64,000 nt of DNA from an uncultured Syntrophaceae bacterium (GCA_964394725.1 CAYMYS010000004.1:821-64820); one strand, 5' to 3'; shown: positions 28,582-39,129, numbered from the stretch's first letter. The notes: generated by a model not told the origin, from the letters alone. Numbers and translations: made by a program.

Positions 28582-28775
28582 TGTGACAGACCGGTAAAAA
28601 GTCATTTTCGAGCGGATTTGAGCATTTCGGGAAACAGATGATTGTGGTGATTGGCGTTAAGAAAATCTAATTGTTTGAGTGCTTTAGCACGAGTTTTAGA
28701 TTTTTAGCCAAGCATCGAAATCGTCCCCGAAATGGTCTTCCAGCGAGAAAATCTGACTTTTTGCTGAACCATCAG
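28582..28775 (+). repeat. MITE-like ~190-bp palindromic element, copy A
   Basis: Near-identical to 57046..57237 and, in inverted orientation, to 39872..40060. Termini GACAGACCGGTAAAAAGTC ... GACTTTTTGCTGAACCATCAG. The interior arms are self-complementary. No ORF. Confidence 0.8.
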
Positions 28776-28806
28776 ATTTGAATAAAGAGTACAAAAGAAG
28801 AGGATT

Positions 28807-29580
28807 ATGTTTTTATTAAAAAAGATAGTAGCGCCCTTTTTATTTCCCGTTCCTTTGAGTATTCTTTTCTCTCTGGCCGGATTATTTCTTCTCTTTTTTA
28901 CACGGCGGAGGAGGACGGGAAAGATTCTGGTAGCGGTAGGGGTGTTGATCTTTGCCCTTTTGAGCTTCGGTCAGATATCGAGTAAAATAATCGATCCCCT
29001 TGAACAGCAATACAGCGCATATTCACCCGCTCTGTCCCAGATAGAATCCGATCCTGTCGCCTATGTAGTCGTTCTGGGTGGGGGGCATGTGACCGATCCA
29101 ACCCTCCCGGTGACGAGCCAGTTGAGCAGTCCATCCCTTATTCGTCTCGTAGAGGGGATTCGGGTATACAGGAAAAATCCGGGGAGTAAGATGATAGTTT
29201 CGGGAGGAAGGGTGTTTGATCCCCTGCCCGAAGCAAAGACCTTGGCCGCAGCGGCGCAGGTCCTGGGTATGAAGGGTGACGACATAATCATGGAGTCCGA
29301 CTCAAAGGATACCAAGGATCAGGCCCTTCTCATAAAAAAGATTGTGGGCGAGAATCGATTCGTTCTGGTAACGTCGGCCTCACACATGCCACGTGCCATG
29401 GCCCTCTTCAGGAAAGTGGGGATGGACCCCATTCCCGCCCCCGCGGGACATGTATTGAAACAAAAGAGGCAATTGAGTCCGGGTCAATTTTTCCCCAGTG
29501 CCGTTTCGTTGCAGAAATCGGAACGGGCCGTCCATGAATACCTGGGTATTCTGTGGGCACGGCTCAGGGGGCAGATATAA
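28807..29580 (+). CDS. ElyC/SanA/YdcF (DUF218) family membrane-anchored protein
   Basis: 257 aa. Two N-terminal TM helices, YVVVLGGGH and FVLVTSASHMPRAMALF. Confidence 0.8.
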   Translation: MFLLKKIVAPFLFPVPLSILFSLAGLFLLFFTRRRRTGKILVAVGVLIFALLSFGQISSKIIDPLEQQYSAYSPALSQIESDPVAYVVVLGGGHVTDPTLPVTSQLSSPSLIRLVEGIRVYRKNPGSKMIVSGGRVFDPLPEAKTLAAAAQVLGMKGDDIIMESDSKDTKDQALLIKKIVGENRFVLVTSASHMPRAMALFRKVGMDPIPAPAGHVLKQKRQLSPGQFFPSAVSLQKSERAVHEYLGILWARLRGQI

Positions 29581-29582
29581 AA

Positions 29583-29726
29583 AACAGTTCACAGTTTCCA
29601 GTTGACAGTTTTTTTCAACACTTTTTCATTAGCTTTCTGCTTGCCGCTGGTTCAAATTTCCAGATCGAACCAGTTAGGACCTTCATCTTGTTTTTTTAAC
29701 CCGTGAACCGGTAACTGTAAACTGTT
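29583..29726. repeat. 144-bp element bounded by 26-bp imperfect inverted repeats, with a central hairpin
   Basis: AACAGTTCACAGTTTCCAGTTGACAG (29583..29608) matches the reverse complement of 29701..29726 (AACAGTTTACAGTTACCGGTTCACGG) in 21/26 positions. Central perfect hairpin CTGGTTC-N13-GAACCAG (29647..29673). It fills the gap between the convergent ydcF and thrC genes. Confidence 0.6.
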
Positions 29727-29733
29727 AACAAAC

Positions 29734-30933
29734 CTATTTCATAAACTCACCCAGGTCCTCTATCCTGCAATCGGAGATTTGTAAATCGTGTCTTTCGAAG
29801 GCGGCAGTGTACTTTAACCCGCTACCGGATATGAGCAGGACAACGGAAGCATCGCTGCCTATAACGCCCTGTCCCGTCAGTTGTCTCACTGCCGCCAGGG
29901 GAACTGCTGAAGCGGGTTGTCCGAAGATGCCCTCACCGGCAAGGCGTCTCTGCGCATGGATGATCTCTTTATCGGTGACGGCGACGGATATCCAGTCGTT
30001 CGCCCGCAGTTTTCGAAGAATCTCGTTTCCGCTGGGTGGCAGGGGATTCTCAATGGCATGAGCGATCGTATCTGGATTCTCTACACGTGATATCCTTTCA
30101 TGATTCTTTTTTTGGGCAGTGTATATGGCGGCACATCCACTCGCTTGGGCGCAGACGATGCGCGGCATGCGATCTATCAGTCCGCACAGTTTAAATTCTT
30201 CGAATCCTTTGATAATCCCCCGCAGGTTTCCTCCAGAACTGGTAGGTACTACCATATAATCGGGAACGGCGAAATTCAACTGTTCGCAGAGTTCAAAGGC
30301 GATGGTCTTTGATCCCTCTACCCTGAAGGGTACATCTGAATTGATAAAGTAGATACCCTCTTTCTTTCCTATGGTGAGGCTTTCATAGTAGAGATTTCCG
30401 TAATCTCCCTGCACCCGTATCAGGGCAGGGTCATATATGGCGATAGGATTGAGTTTCTCCGGGGGAAGGTCCGCGCTTACCAGGATAAAGGTCTTCAATC
30501 CTGCCTTTGCTCCATAGGCGGCCATGGATGCCGCCATGTTTCCCGATGACACTGTTCCGATTTTCTTATATCCCAGCCTGACTGCATGCTGAATGCCCGT
30601 TAATGTGCCTCTGTCCTTGAAGGACCAGGTGGGGTTTTCAGTCTCATTCTTGAGGTAAATTGTTCTGACACCCAGTTCTGCAGCGAGAGAGGCAGATGCC
30701 ACGAGGGGAGTAAAACCTTCATTGAGGCATATACCTTTCTCTATCCCCTTGAAGGGGAAGAAGTCTTCGTACCGTTCCAGTATTGTCTGATTGAGAGGAT
30801 TTCCCTTTTTTATGGTGCCCTTTGTAACCTTTTTGACTTCAAGGGGTTCGTTGCAGTTGTCGCAGCGGGGATAGATGTCGGATATGGGGAAAATCTTTTC
30901 GCAGTGCGTGCAGATGAGATCGGTCTTTTTCAT
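29734..30933 (-). CDS. thrC: Threonine synthase (PLP-dependent, N-terminal zinc-ribbon type)
   Basis: 399 aa. CTHCEKIF...CDNCNEPL ribbon, PLP-lysine motif NPTWSFKDRG, and SSGNMAASMAAYGA. Confidence 0.85.
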   Translation of the reverse strand: MKKTDLICTHCEKIFPISDIYPRCDNCNEPLEVKKVTKGTIKKGNPLNQTILERYEDFFPFKGIEKGICLNEGFTPLVASASLAAELGVRTIYLKNETENPTWSFKDRGTLTGIQHAVRLGYKKIGTVSSGNMAASMAAYGAKAGLKTFILVSADLPPEKLNPIAIYDPALIRVQGDYGNLYYESLTIGKKEGIYFINSDVPFRVEGSKTIAFELCEQLNFAVPDYMVVPTSSGGNLRGIIKGFEEFKLCGLIDRMPRIVCAQASGCAAIYTAQKKNHERISRVENPDTIAHAIENPLPPSGNEILRKLRANDWISVAVTDKEIIHAQRRLAGEGIFGQPASAVPLAAVRQLTGQGVIGSDASVVLLISGSGLKYTAAFERHDLQISDCRIEDLGEFMK

Positions 30934-31024
30934 GGGTTGCGTCCTTTCTCTAATATGAGCGGGATAGTGGTTCCCCTGAGGGAGTTAGAAATTATCCCCT
31001 TGATGTCGTTTAGGGGATCGTCAA

Positions 31025-31396
31025 TCATGATTCAGGAATGGAACCGATAGTCAGAGCAGGTTCACCGGACTTTGCCTGGATGTAGAGCAGGTCGTCTTCC
31101 AGGTGACATATCCGGAGCCGCACTTTGTCTGTACCTTCGGCCCGAATAAATTCTCTCGACAGCAGGGCCTTCATGCTCATTCTATAGAGGCCCACATGTT
31201 CGGCGGGTGCATCACCGCTCCTCTTCCACGAGAGATTCAAATAGAGGGGGTCTTCCGTGCGGGGAACGGCCTCGTGATAATAGGGGTAAACCTCATCGTT
31301 TCCCACCCAGTGGCGTGTCCTCGGCACCAGTGATTTTTGACCGACCCTCACTACCAGATGCCCGAATTGCTGCAGCGGGTATACATCCTTTTCCAT
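31025..31396 (-). CDS. Hypothetical protein
   Basis: 123-aa ORF co-oriented between the MBL hydrolase and thrC. I recognise no motif. Confidence 0.45.
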   Translation of the reverse strand: MEKDVYPLQQFGHLVVRVGQKSLVPRTRHWVGNDEVYPYYHEAVPRTEDPLYLNLSWKRSGDAPAEHVGLYRMSMKALLSREFIRAEGTDKVRLRICHLEDDLLYIQAKSGEPALTIGSIPES

Positions 31397-31470
31397 ACTT
31401 TACATACCCCCAAGAGGGACGATCCGGAATCTTTCCATCGCAACGGTTTCCGGAGTCCCTTGCTTAACAT

Positions 31471-32388
31471 TCAGCCTTTGGCTGTTGCCCCCTCTTCCAT
31501 CACCGTTGCAATGTGCTTCAACATCTGCCGGTAGATGCTCTCCAAGATTTCGGGGGCAAGAAAATAATCAGGATCTGATGCAATAACGGCTGACACCATC
31601 CTTTTTGCCGCCGTATCGATATCACCCGTTCGCCTGTATACTGATTCCATCAGTTTTCGGAATTTTTTGGCCTCGACGCCGGCCTGCCCGACGAAACGGC
31701 GAGCCTCCTCCCCCGTCACGTATCCGTAATGATCTGCGCAGAAACACTCCACCTCCAGAGGCTTCAGTTTCTCGAGACTCTGCTGGAACATCGTATAATT
31801 GGAATTCCCCGATGTTATAATTCTGTCCTTATAAGGAATGCCGCCGCTGTCGGATGGGAAGAGTGCCTTGATCTTCGGAGCATAAGCAGAAATAGAGCAG
31901 GACGAATGACCCGGCGTTTCCATGATGGAAAGGGGCAGATTGCCCAGATCTATACTGTCTCCCTCTCCAACGGTTATACCCTCCATGTCATTTCGCCAGT
32001 CGAGATCGTAGGATGCGATGACGTCGCCATCACCCATCTTTTCAGCTGTTACTTTGCTGAAGGCATTGATGGTGTCAATTGCCTTCTCCATATGAAGAAT
32101 TTCCCAGGCGCGTTGAGAGGCATATATCTGGAGATTGGGATACCTCCTCTTGAAAAAGGGGACAATACCAATATGATCGAAGTGGGCATGGAGGATCAGC
32201 AGTTTATCGATAGGTCTCTCATCGATACCGAATTCCTCGAATTGGCGGAGGATATCGGGCACGATATTGCTTATTCCCCCGCTGATTATCATGGAACTGT
32301 CCGATCCTTCAAGGAGATAGACCCCCGATTCCTTGCGACCCAGATACCAGAGATTATCCAAAACTTTCCCCGCGTTACAACTTCTCAC
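31471..32388 (-). CDS. MBL-fold metallo-hydrolase
   Basis: 305 aa. LILHAHFDHIG (HxHxDH motif), TPGHSSCS. Confidence 0.85.
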   Translation of the reverse strand: MRSCNAGKVLDNLWYLGRKESGVYLLEGSDSSMIISGGISNIVPDILRQFEEFGIDERPIDKLLILHAHFDHIGIVPFFKRRYPNLQIYASQRAWEILHMEKAIDTINAFSKVTAEKMGDGDVIASYDLDWRNDMEGITVGEGDSIDLGNLPLSIMETPGHSSCSISAYAPKIKALFPSDSGGIPYKDRIITSGNSNYTMFQQSLEKLKPLEVECFCADHYGYVTGEEARRFVGQAGVEAKKFRKLMESVYRRTGDIDTAAKRMVSAVIASDPDYFLAPEILESIYRQMLKHIATVMEEGATAKG

Positions 32389-32484
32389 ATCAAGACCCTT
32401 TTCAATTCAATCTCATTGCAGTGAACCGACAGGCTTCCCCTGTCGTATCGACGCGAAGAATTCTTTGCCTTGTTTTGCAATGGT

Positions 32485-32634
32485 TTACCCCTTGTTCTTG
32501 CTATAATATAACCAGACAGCGCCGATCGCCACTATTATGCCTGCAAATACGCTGATTTTATCACCGTATATAAGACCGTAGATAGAGTCACAGACCCCAA
32601 AAAATACAAAGCAAAGAGTTCCCTTTTTCCCCAT
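32485..32634 (-). CDS. Small two-helix membrane protein
   Basis: ATG 32634 is preceded by GGGAGGAG. 49 aa: MGKKGTLCFVFFGVCDSIYGLIYGDKISVFAGIIVAIGAVWLYYSKNKG. Confidence 0.45.
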   Translation of the reverse strand: MGKKGTLCFVFFGVCDSIYGLIYGDKISVFAGIIVAIGAVWLYYSKNKG

Positions 32635-32868
32635 AATCTCCTCCCGGACCGGATGAGCTAACGTAATCCTCATATACGGCAAGGAACAAGTTTCCTCGCC
32701 AAAGTATAGTAAAATACCACTCTATGTCAATTCGAAATCGGTTGCCCTTCTTCAGATAAAAGGCATAGGCGTTCCCGGACAACGTCTATAGTGAAACTGT
32801 GGCCCGTTTTCTTAACATTCAATGTATCGCAATACCTTTTCTGCTTTGACAGTTGTTGCCCATTCATC

Positions 32869-32888
32869 TATAATACTTTAGTATTATA
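32869..32888. promoter_or_regulatory. Perfect 9-2-9 AT-rich palindrome upstream of the ZIP metal transporter (candidate metalloregulator operator overlapping a TATAAT)
   Basis: TATAATACT-TT-AGTATTATA, 128 bp upstream of the ZIP start codon. Confidence 0.4.
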
Positions 32889-33015
32889 TGCTTTTTTGAA
32901 CTGAAGAGCGATCTCATCCCCCGCTGCCTGCAGCGAGGTTAGCGAGCGAATAAAGACAGTCGGAGATTTCCTGCACCGTGAGGGGTGCTTCAATAAAGGA
33001 GGGGGGACACAGACA

Positions 33016-33831
33016 ATGGCGATGGAATGGTTTGCAGGGCTTAATGCTGTTATGCAGGCATTAGTGGCAACGCTCTTTACCTGGTTGCTGACGGTTGCCG
33101 GGGCAGGGGTGGTATTTTTCTTCAGAACAATCGAAAGAAAGATCCTGGATGGTATGCTGGGATTTGCGGCGGGGATCATGATAGCCGCCAGTTTCTGGTC
33201 CCTTCTTGCACCTGCCATTGAAATGGCGGAAGAGTCTTCCCTTCCGGCATGGGTCCCTGCCACCGTCGGTTTTTTGATGGGAGGACTATTTCTCTGGATC
33301 ATTGATAAAATCATTCCCCACCTTCATCTGGGTTTTCCCGAAGAAGAGGCGGAAGGGATTAAAACGAGCTGGCAAAGGAGCGTTCTCCTTGTCCTTGCCA
33401 TAACGATTCACAATATCCCGGAAGGATTGGCCGTGGGTGTTGCCTTCGGCGCTGCCGCTGCCGACCTGCCTTCGGCAACGCTTGCCGGTGCCCTTGTCCT
33501 GGCTCTGGGCATAGGCATTCAGAATATTCCCGAAGGCACAGCCGTTTCAGTTCCCCTCCGCAGAGAGGGGCTGAGTCGCCTGAAAAGTTTCTGGTACGGG
33601 CAGTTATCGGGGGCTGTCGAGCCGATTGCCGGTGTCATTGGTGCAGCCGCAGTCATACTAATGAAGCCCATATTACCCTATGCCCTCTCTTTTGCGGCGG
33701 GTGCCATGATCTTTGTCGTTGTTGAAGAACTTATCCCGGAATCACAGCTTGAAAAGAATACCGATATAGCGACGGTAGGCGCCATGTTAGGTTTTGCCGT
33801 CATGATGACCCTCGATGTGGCGCTGGGATAA
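33016..33831 (+). CDS. ZIP family metal (zinc) transporter
   Basis: 271 aa. [14 protein letters not shown] and [15 protein letters not shown] are paired ZIP signature helices. Confidence 0.88.
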   Translation: MAMEWFAGLNAVMQALVATLFTWLLTVAGAGVVFFFRTIERKILDGMLGFAAGIMIAASFWSLLAPAIEMAEESSLPAWVPATVGFLMGGLFLWIIDKIIPHLHLGFPEEEAEGIKTSWQRSVLLVLAITIHNIPEGLAVGVAFGAAAADLPSATLAGALVLALGIGIQNIPEGTAVSVPLRREGLSRLKSFWYGQLSGAVEPIAGVIGAAAVILMKPILPYALSFAAGAMIFVVVEELIPESQLEKNTDIATVGAMLGFAVMMTLDVALG

Positions 33832-33844
33832 TACGGGCACTCTG

Positions 33845-34372
33845 TTATGAACCATCGGATTTCTCTCCAACGGAAAATAGCCACTGACAGAACATATCCG
33901 CGGGATGGGGATCGGGGGGCGCAAAGAGGTATTCAACGCGGATGCGCTCGTCTATGGCTGTGGCAAAGTTTGTAAATTCGGAACGGTGCATATCCTTGCA
34001 TACATATTCACCCGGCCCGCGCTTGAGTCTGGCCTCCTGTGTCGGGCAGGAGGGGACGGAGATAGTGACCTCGTCGTCCGACTCCTCGATCTGATACCCC
34101 ACGAGGATACACCAGGGAAAGAGTCTCTGGGTCTTGACGAATCCATCGAGACCCGTCTCATCGATTTTGAAATGTTGTTTTAGATCCTTTGCGGCCATGC
34201 CGGCCACCCGCCCCCAGACCTTCTCATTGATCTCCTCGGCCGTCTCCTGGTCGAAGCGTTCGGCCACATAGATAAACCAGAATGCATCCATGACGCGGTA
34301 ATGCCGAAGGAGAAATTTCAGATATTTCCTCAGATCTGATGCCTTCATTGTGTCAAAAATCTTCATATCCAT
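33845..34372 (-). CDS. Hypothetical cytosolic protein
   Basis: ATG 34372 is preceded by AGAGGGAG, although the ORF opens at 34414. 175 aa beginning [20 protein letters not shown]. Cys-containing [10 protein letters not shown]...YVCKDMH. I could not assign a family confidently. Confidence 0.5.
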   Translation of the reverse strand: MDMKIFDTMKASDLRKYLKFLLRHYRVMDAFWFIYVAERFDQETAEEINEKVWGRVAGMAAKDLKQHFKIDETGLDGFVKTQRLFPWCILVGYQIEESDDEVTISVPSCPTQEARLKRGPGEYVCKDMHRSEFTNFATAIDERIRVEYLFAPPDPHPADMFCQWLFSVGEKSDGS

Positions 34373-34674
34373 AGTCGCTCCCTCTTCTTTCTTTAGATTG
34401 TTCAATAATAGCAAATATTTACCGAGAGGTCACCCGATTTTTCAAGACAAAAATTTACATTGATCGCAGAGTCTCTCAACGAGTGTGAAGCGCAGCGGTG
34501 ATGTCATGGAACAGGTGTGTGCCTTTATCGGTTGTTATCGGCAAGACATTGCAAGGAACCAATCATGATGCGACGTCTACTGCATGTAACGCAGGGTCAT
34601 TTCTCAATAAAAGGGTTGCAACTAAGGCATGCCTCTGCTAAGTACGAAAAGACATTATTATTTTTGATGTTCTG

Positions 34675-36039
34675 ATGGGATACACTGGAAAAACCCCACA
34701 TAATAAAAACATGAAAGAAATTCTCACCGTTACCGAGTTAACGGCAAACATCAAGATACTCTTAGAAACCAGTTTCGGCATCCTCTGGGTTGCCGGCGAG
34801 ATTTCAAACCTCCGGCGTCCCGGTTCGGGGCATGTCTATTTTACCCTCAAAGACCGGGACAGTCGGATCAGGGCCGTCATATTCCGGCAGGCAATGGATA
34901 AGATTAGTTTCGATCTGGAGGACGGTATGGAGATCGTCTGCCGGGCACAGGTCAATGTCTATCAGGTGAGGGGAGAGTATCAGTTGATCATTGATGCCGC
35001 CGAGCCGCGAGGATACGGCGCCCTCCAGATGGCCTTCGAACAGCTCAAAAAGAAGCTCGATGAGGAAGGATTGTTCGATCCTTCTCTAAAAAAGAGAATT
35101 CCCTTTCTTCCCCGGAAAATCGGTATCGTCACCTCATCGACGGGGGCGGCAATCAGGGATATCCTGAATATTACGGAGAGGAGATTTCCCTCTATCGATA
35201 TCCTTATCGCGCCGGTGAGGGTGCAGGGAATCGAGGCGCCGCCTGAAATATGTGAGGCCATAGGGACCTTGAATACCATTCCCGCGATTGATGTGATCAT
35301 TGTAACCAGAGGGGGTGGATCTCTGGAAGACCTCTTCCCCTTCAATGATGAGCGGGTGGCACGGGCCATACACGGGTCTAAAATTCCCATCATATCGGCC
35401 GTCGGTCATGAAATCGATTTCACCATTGCCGATTTTGTGGCGGACCTGCGGGCGCCGACACCGTCGGCAGCCGCCGAACTGGTTGTGCCCAACAGGCGAG
35501 AACTGCTTGAAAGGATGGAGAACCTCGATTTCAGGTTGCTCAATAATCAGCGGAAGATAGTCCGCCTGCTATCGGAAGGGGTGGCTTCGCTGACGACGAG
35601 ATTGAAAGACCCGAGGAGGCGGATTGCCGATTTCCGTTTACATCTTGATGACACCGCTCTTGCCCTTAAAGATGGTGTCAGGCGCAGATTGGAGAACCGC
35701 AAAAACAGCCTTCTTTACACTAATAAGCTTCTGTTATACATGAACCCCGCGGCCAGGGTAGGGGAATATACATTTCGCATTGAGACACTGAAAGAAACAA
35801 TGACAGCGCGAATAGGCTTTTTTCTGGGTGATCTGAAAAATATGTTACAACAGGATATTGCGATACTGAACAGCCTAAGTCCTCTTTCTGTCCTTGAAAG
35901 GGGCTATGGAATTGTGAGACGGCTGCCGGACAATACTGTTGTGAGAGAGGCAGAATCTCTGACGGAGGGATGCCAGGTCAGTGTCAGGGTTTTATCGGGC
36001 AGTTTCACTGCACAGGTCACTAAGATTTCCAAGGAGTGA
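34675..36039 (+). CDS. xseA: Exodeoxyribonuclease VII large subunit
   Basis: LTVTELTANIKILLETSFGILWVAGEISNLRRPGSGHVYFTLKD, and TRGGGSLEDLFPFNDE. An alternative start at 34711 (MKEILTV) is possible. Confidence 0.9.
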   Translation: MGYTGKTPHNKNMKEILTVTELTANIKILLETSFGILWVAGEISNLRRPGSGHVYFTLKDRDSRIRAVIFRQAMDKISFDLEDGMEIVCRAQVNVYQVRGEYQLIIDAAEPRGYGALQMAFEQLKKKLDEEGLFDPSLKKRIPFLPRKIGIVTSSTGAAIRDILNITERRFPSIDILIAPVRVQGIEAPPEICEAIGTLNTIPAIDVIIVTRGGGSLEDLFPFNDERVARAIHGSKIPIISAVGHEIDFTIADFVADLRAPTPSAAAELVVPNRRELLERMENLDFRLLNNQRKIVRLLSEGVASLTTRLKDPRRRIADFRLHLDDTALALKDGVRRRLENRKNSLLYTNKLLLYMNPAARVGEYTFRIETLKETMTARIGFFLGDLKNMLQQDIAILNSLSPLSVLERGYGIVRRLPDNTVVREAESLTEGCQVSVRVLSGSFTAQVTKISKE

Positions 36040-36043
36040 GGCA

Positions 36044-36271
36044 ATGGCAGAAAAGACATTTGAAAAGGCCCTTGAAGGGCTTGAAGAGATTGTAAAAAAG
36101 ATGGAAGAGGGAGATATGACCCTCGACGATTCACTGAAGGCCTTTGAAAAGGGCATTAATCTCTCCCGTTTCTGTGCCAAGAAGCTGGATGATGCCGAGA
36201 GAAAGGTAGAAATGCTCATGAAGAACAATGGTGAGTTGGAGGTCACATCCTTCACAAATGAGGGCGAATGA
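36044..36271 (+). CDS. xseB: Exodeoxyribonuclease VII small subunit
   Basis: AAGGAG SD before ATG 36044. MAEKTFEKALEGLEEIVKKMEEGDMTLDDSLKAFEKG. Confidence 0.88.
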   Translation: MAEKTFEKALEGLEEIVKKMEEGDMTLDDSLKAFEKGINLSRFCAKKLDDAERKVEMLMKNNGELEVTSFTNEGE

Positions 36272-37177
36272 ATGGATAACAAAGTGATATCACTGAAGGC
36301 ATATCTTACTGAGAGAAAAGGGATTGTTGACCAGGCGCTGGACCGATTTCTCCCGGGGGAAGACAGGTTCCCCCCCCTGATTTTTCGGTCTATGAGATAC
36401 AGTGTCTTTGCCGGTGGGAAACGATTGCGCCCTATTTTGTGTATGGCGGCGGCAGATGTCTTGGGGGGAAATATGCAATCCGTACTCCCTGTGGCATGTG
36501 CCATTGAGATGATCCACACATATTCTCTGATTCACGATGACCTTCCATTAATGGACGATGATGACTTCAGAAGGGGAATGCCCACCAATCACAAGGTCTT
36601 TGGAGAGGGAATTGCAGTTCTCGCGGGAGACGCACTCCTGACCGAGGCATTTCACCTGATGTCGTGCAGGGAGAATCGAGGCACAGAATCGGCAGAGGCC
36701 CTCCTTGCAACAATCAGTGAGATATCCGTCGCCTCCGGTTTCGATGGGATGGTAGGCGGTCAGGTAGTCGACCTGGACTCGGAAGGTAAAGAAGCGGATA
36801 TGGAAACCCTTCACTATATCCACAGTCACAAGACAGAGGCGCTGCTTACCGTTTCGATACGGGCGGGTGCCATACTGTCGGGGGCATCCAAGACCGATCT
36901 GGCGGCCCTTTCGGCCTATGGGAAGGGCATAGGGCTTGCTTTTCAGATTGCCGATGATATCTTAGACATAGAAGGAGATAGAGAGACCCTGGGGAAGGAT
37001 ACTGGAAGCGATGAGGCGCACGGCAAGGTCACATTCCCCGCTCTTCTCGGTCTTGATGGCTCCAGAAAGAAGGCACGGGAATCGATAGACGAGGCGCTGT
37101 CACAGATTGCTCGTTTTGATGATAGGGCCGATCCTCTCCGGATGATCGCGCAATTCATCATTGAAAGGAGATCATAA
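36272..37177 (+). CDS. ispA: Polyprenyl (farnesyl/geranylgeranyl) diphosphate synthase
   Basis: 301 aa. First Asp-rich motif LIHDDLPLMDDDDFRRG and second motif FQIADDILD. Confidence 0.9.
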   Translation: MDNKVISLKAYLTERKGIVDQALDRFLPGEDRFPPLIFRSMRYSVFAGGKRLRPILCMAAADVLGGNMQSVLPVACAIEMIHTYSLIHDDLPLMDDDDFRRGMPTNHKVFGEGIAVLAGDALLTEAFHLMSCRENRGTESAEALLATISEISVASGFDGMVGGQVVDLDSEGKEADMETLHYIHSHKTEALLTVSIRAGAILSGASKTDLAALSAYGKGIGLAFQIADDILDIEGDRETLGKDTGSDEAHGKVTFPALLGLDGSRKKARESIDEALSQIARFDDRADPLRMIAQFIIERRS

Positions 37178-37213
37178 AGGGCCCTTTTTTACAGGGATTG
37201 GGAATGGATCGTA

Positions 37214-39103
37214 ATGGAAGAAAAAAATACTACCATATTAGAACATATAAATACTCCTGAGGATTTGAGAAAACTTCAGGTTGAAGAACTGACAATCCTT
37301 GCCGGGGAGATCAGGCAAAAGATGATAGAGACAGTGGCAAAAAACGGAGGCCATCTTGCATCATCACTGGGAACGGTAGAACTGACACTGGCTCTCCACT
37401 ATGTCTTTAATACACCCGAGGATAAACTTGTCTGGGATGTGGGGCACCAGGCCTATGCCCACAAGATAATAACGGGCAGACGAGACAGTTTTCACACCCT
37501 CAGAAAAAAGGGAGGCATCAGTGGTTTCCCTCGCCGGGCAGAGAGTATATACGATGTCTTTGGCGTGGGACACAGCAGCACATCAATATCGGCTGCATCA
37601 GGGATTGCCGGTGCGAGATGCCTGAAAAAGGAAAAGTATAAGGTCATTGCCGTTATAGGCGATGGTTCCATGACGGCCGGCATGGCCTACGAGGGGCTTA
37701 ACTGGTCGGGCGACCAGGAAAAGGATCTGATCATCGTGTTGAACGACAATGAGATGTCCATTTCAGCCAATGTGGGCGCCATGTCATCGTATCTGAACCG
37801 GATCATGACGGGACAGCAGGTAACAAAACTGAGGGCGAGAATATTAAGCTTCTTCAAGACCATTCCCGGCGTCGGTGAACATATGGTGAAGTTTACACGT
37901 CATGCCGAGGAGTCGCTGAAGGCATTTTTTACACCGGGGGCATTGTTCGAAGAGCTGGGGTTCCAGTATGTCGGTCCTATCGAGGGGCACAAGCTGAATC
38001 ACCTGATCAAAAACTTTAAAAATGTCAAGGATCTCAAACGGCCGGTCCTTGTTCATGTCATCACAAAGAAAGGGAAGGGATACAAGTTTGCCGAGGCGGA
38101 ACCGTCACGATTTCACGGCATCGGTCCCTTCGATATTGAAACGGGGAGATCAGTTGCTCAGAGTAATGGTCCCAAGGCCTATACCGAGATATTCGGAAGG
38201 GCCATTGTCGATCTTGCACGGGAAGACCAAAGGATAGTCGCCATAACGGCCTCGATGTGCACGGGAACAGGCCTCGATCAGTTTGCCGCGGAGTTTCCCG
38301 AACGGTGCTTCGATGTGGGCATAGCAGAACAGCACGGCGTTACCTTCGCCGCCGGGCTTGCGACGGAAGGCTTCATCCCCGTCGTTGCCATCTATTCTAC
38401 CTTCCTGCAGCGGGCCTATGATCAGGTAGTGCAGGATGTGTGTCTGCAGAATCTTCCCGTTATTTTTGCTCTCGATCGCGGCGGGATAGTGGGGGATGAC
38501 GGACCCACCCATCATGGACTTTTCGATTATTCCTTCCTGAGGGCCATTCCCAATATAATCATGATGGCCCCAAAGGATGAGAATGAGCTCCAGCATATGC
38601 TGAAAACCGCTGTTGATTGTGGTTCTCCCGTTTCGATACGATATCCACGCGGTAAGGGCGTGGGTGTACCCATCGAAGATAGGGCCAGAACCCTCGAAAT
38701 AGGAAGGGGGGAGGTTCTCCGCGAGGGGAAGGATATTGTAATAGTGGCAATCGGCTCCACCGTCTATCCCTCTCTGGAAGCAGCGGGAAGATTGGCACAG
38801 GAGGGGATAGAGGCGACGGTAATCAACAGCCGCTTCGTAAAGCCACTGGATTCCGAACTTTTATGTGATATCGTTAAAACGGTCAAGAAGATGGTCATAG
38901 TTGAAGAGAACGCCCTCATGGGGGGTTTCGGAAGCGCAGTCCTGGAATTGTTGGCAGAACGGGGAATTTCCGGTGTAACCGTCACAAGGCTGGGTATCGG
39001 AAACGAGTTTGTGGCGCATGCGACACAGGCGGAGCTCCGAAAAGAGCATGGACTCGATGAAGAAGGCATTGCCCGTGCTGTTCGAAAAGTTATAGGTCTC
39101 TAA
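37214..39103 (+). CDS. dxs: 1-deoxy-D-xylulose-5-phosphate synthase
   Basis: 629 aa. [51 protein letters not shown]. Confidence 0.95.
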   Translation: MEEKNTTILEHINTPEDLRKLQVEELTILAGEIRQKMIETVAKNGGHLASSLGTVELTLALHYVFNTPEDKLVWDVGHQAYAHKIITGRRDSFHTLRKKGGISGFPRRAESIYDVFGVGHSSTSISAASGIAGARCLKKEKYKVIAVIGDGSMTAGMAYEGLNWSGDQEKDLIIVLNDNEMSISANVGAMSSYLNRIMTGQQVTKLRARILSFFKTIPGVGEHMVKFTRHAEESLKAFFTPGALFEELGFQYVGPIEGHKLNHLIKNFKNVKDLKRPVLVHVITKKGKGYKFAEAEPSRFHGIGPFDIETGRSVAQSNGPKAYTEIFGRAIVDLAREDQRIVAITASMCTGTGLDQFAAEFPERCFDVGIAEQHGVTFAAGLATEGFIPVVAIYSTFLQRAYDQVVQDVCLQNLPVIFALDRGGIVGDDGPTHHGLFDYSFLRAIPNIIMMAPKDENELQHMLKTAVDCGSPVSIRYPRGKGVGVPIEDRARTLEIGRGEVLREGKDIVIVAIGSTVYPSLEAAGRLAQEGIEATVINSRFVKPLDSELLCDIVKTVKKMVIVEENALMGGFGSAVLELLAERGISGVTVTRLGIGNEFVAHATQAELRKEHGLDEEGIARAVRKVIGL

Positions 39104-39129
39104 TTCGGTGTACTTCTCAAGGAATTCCA

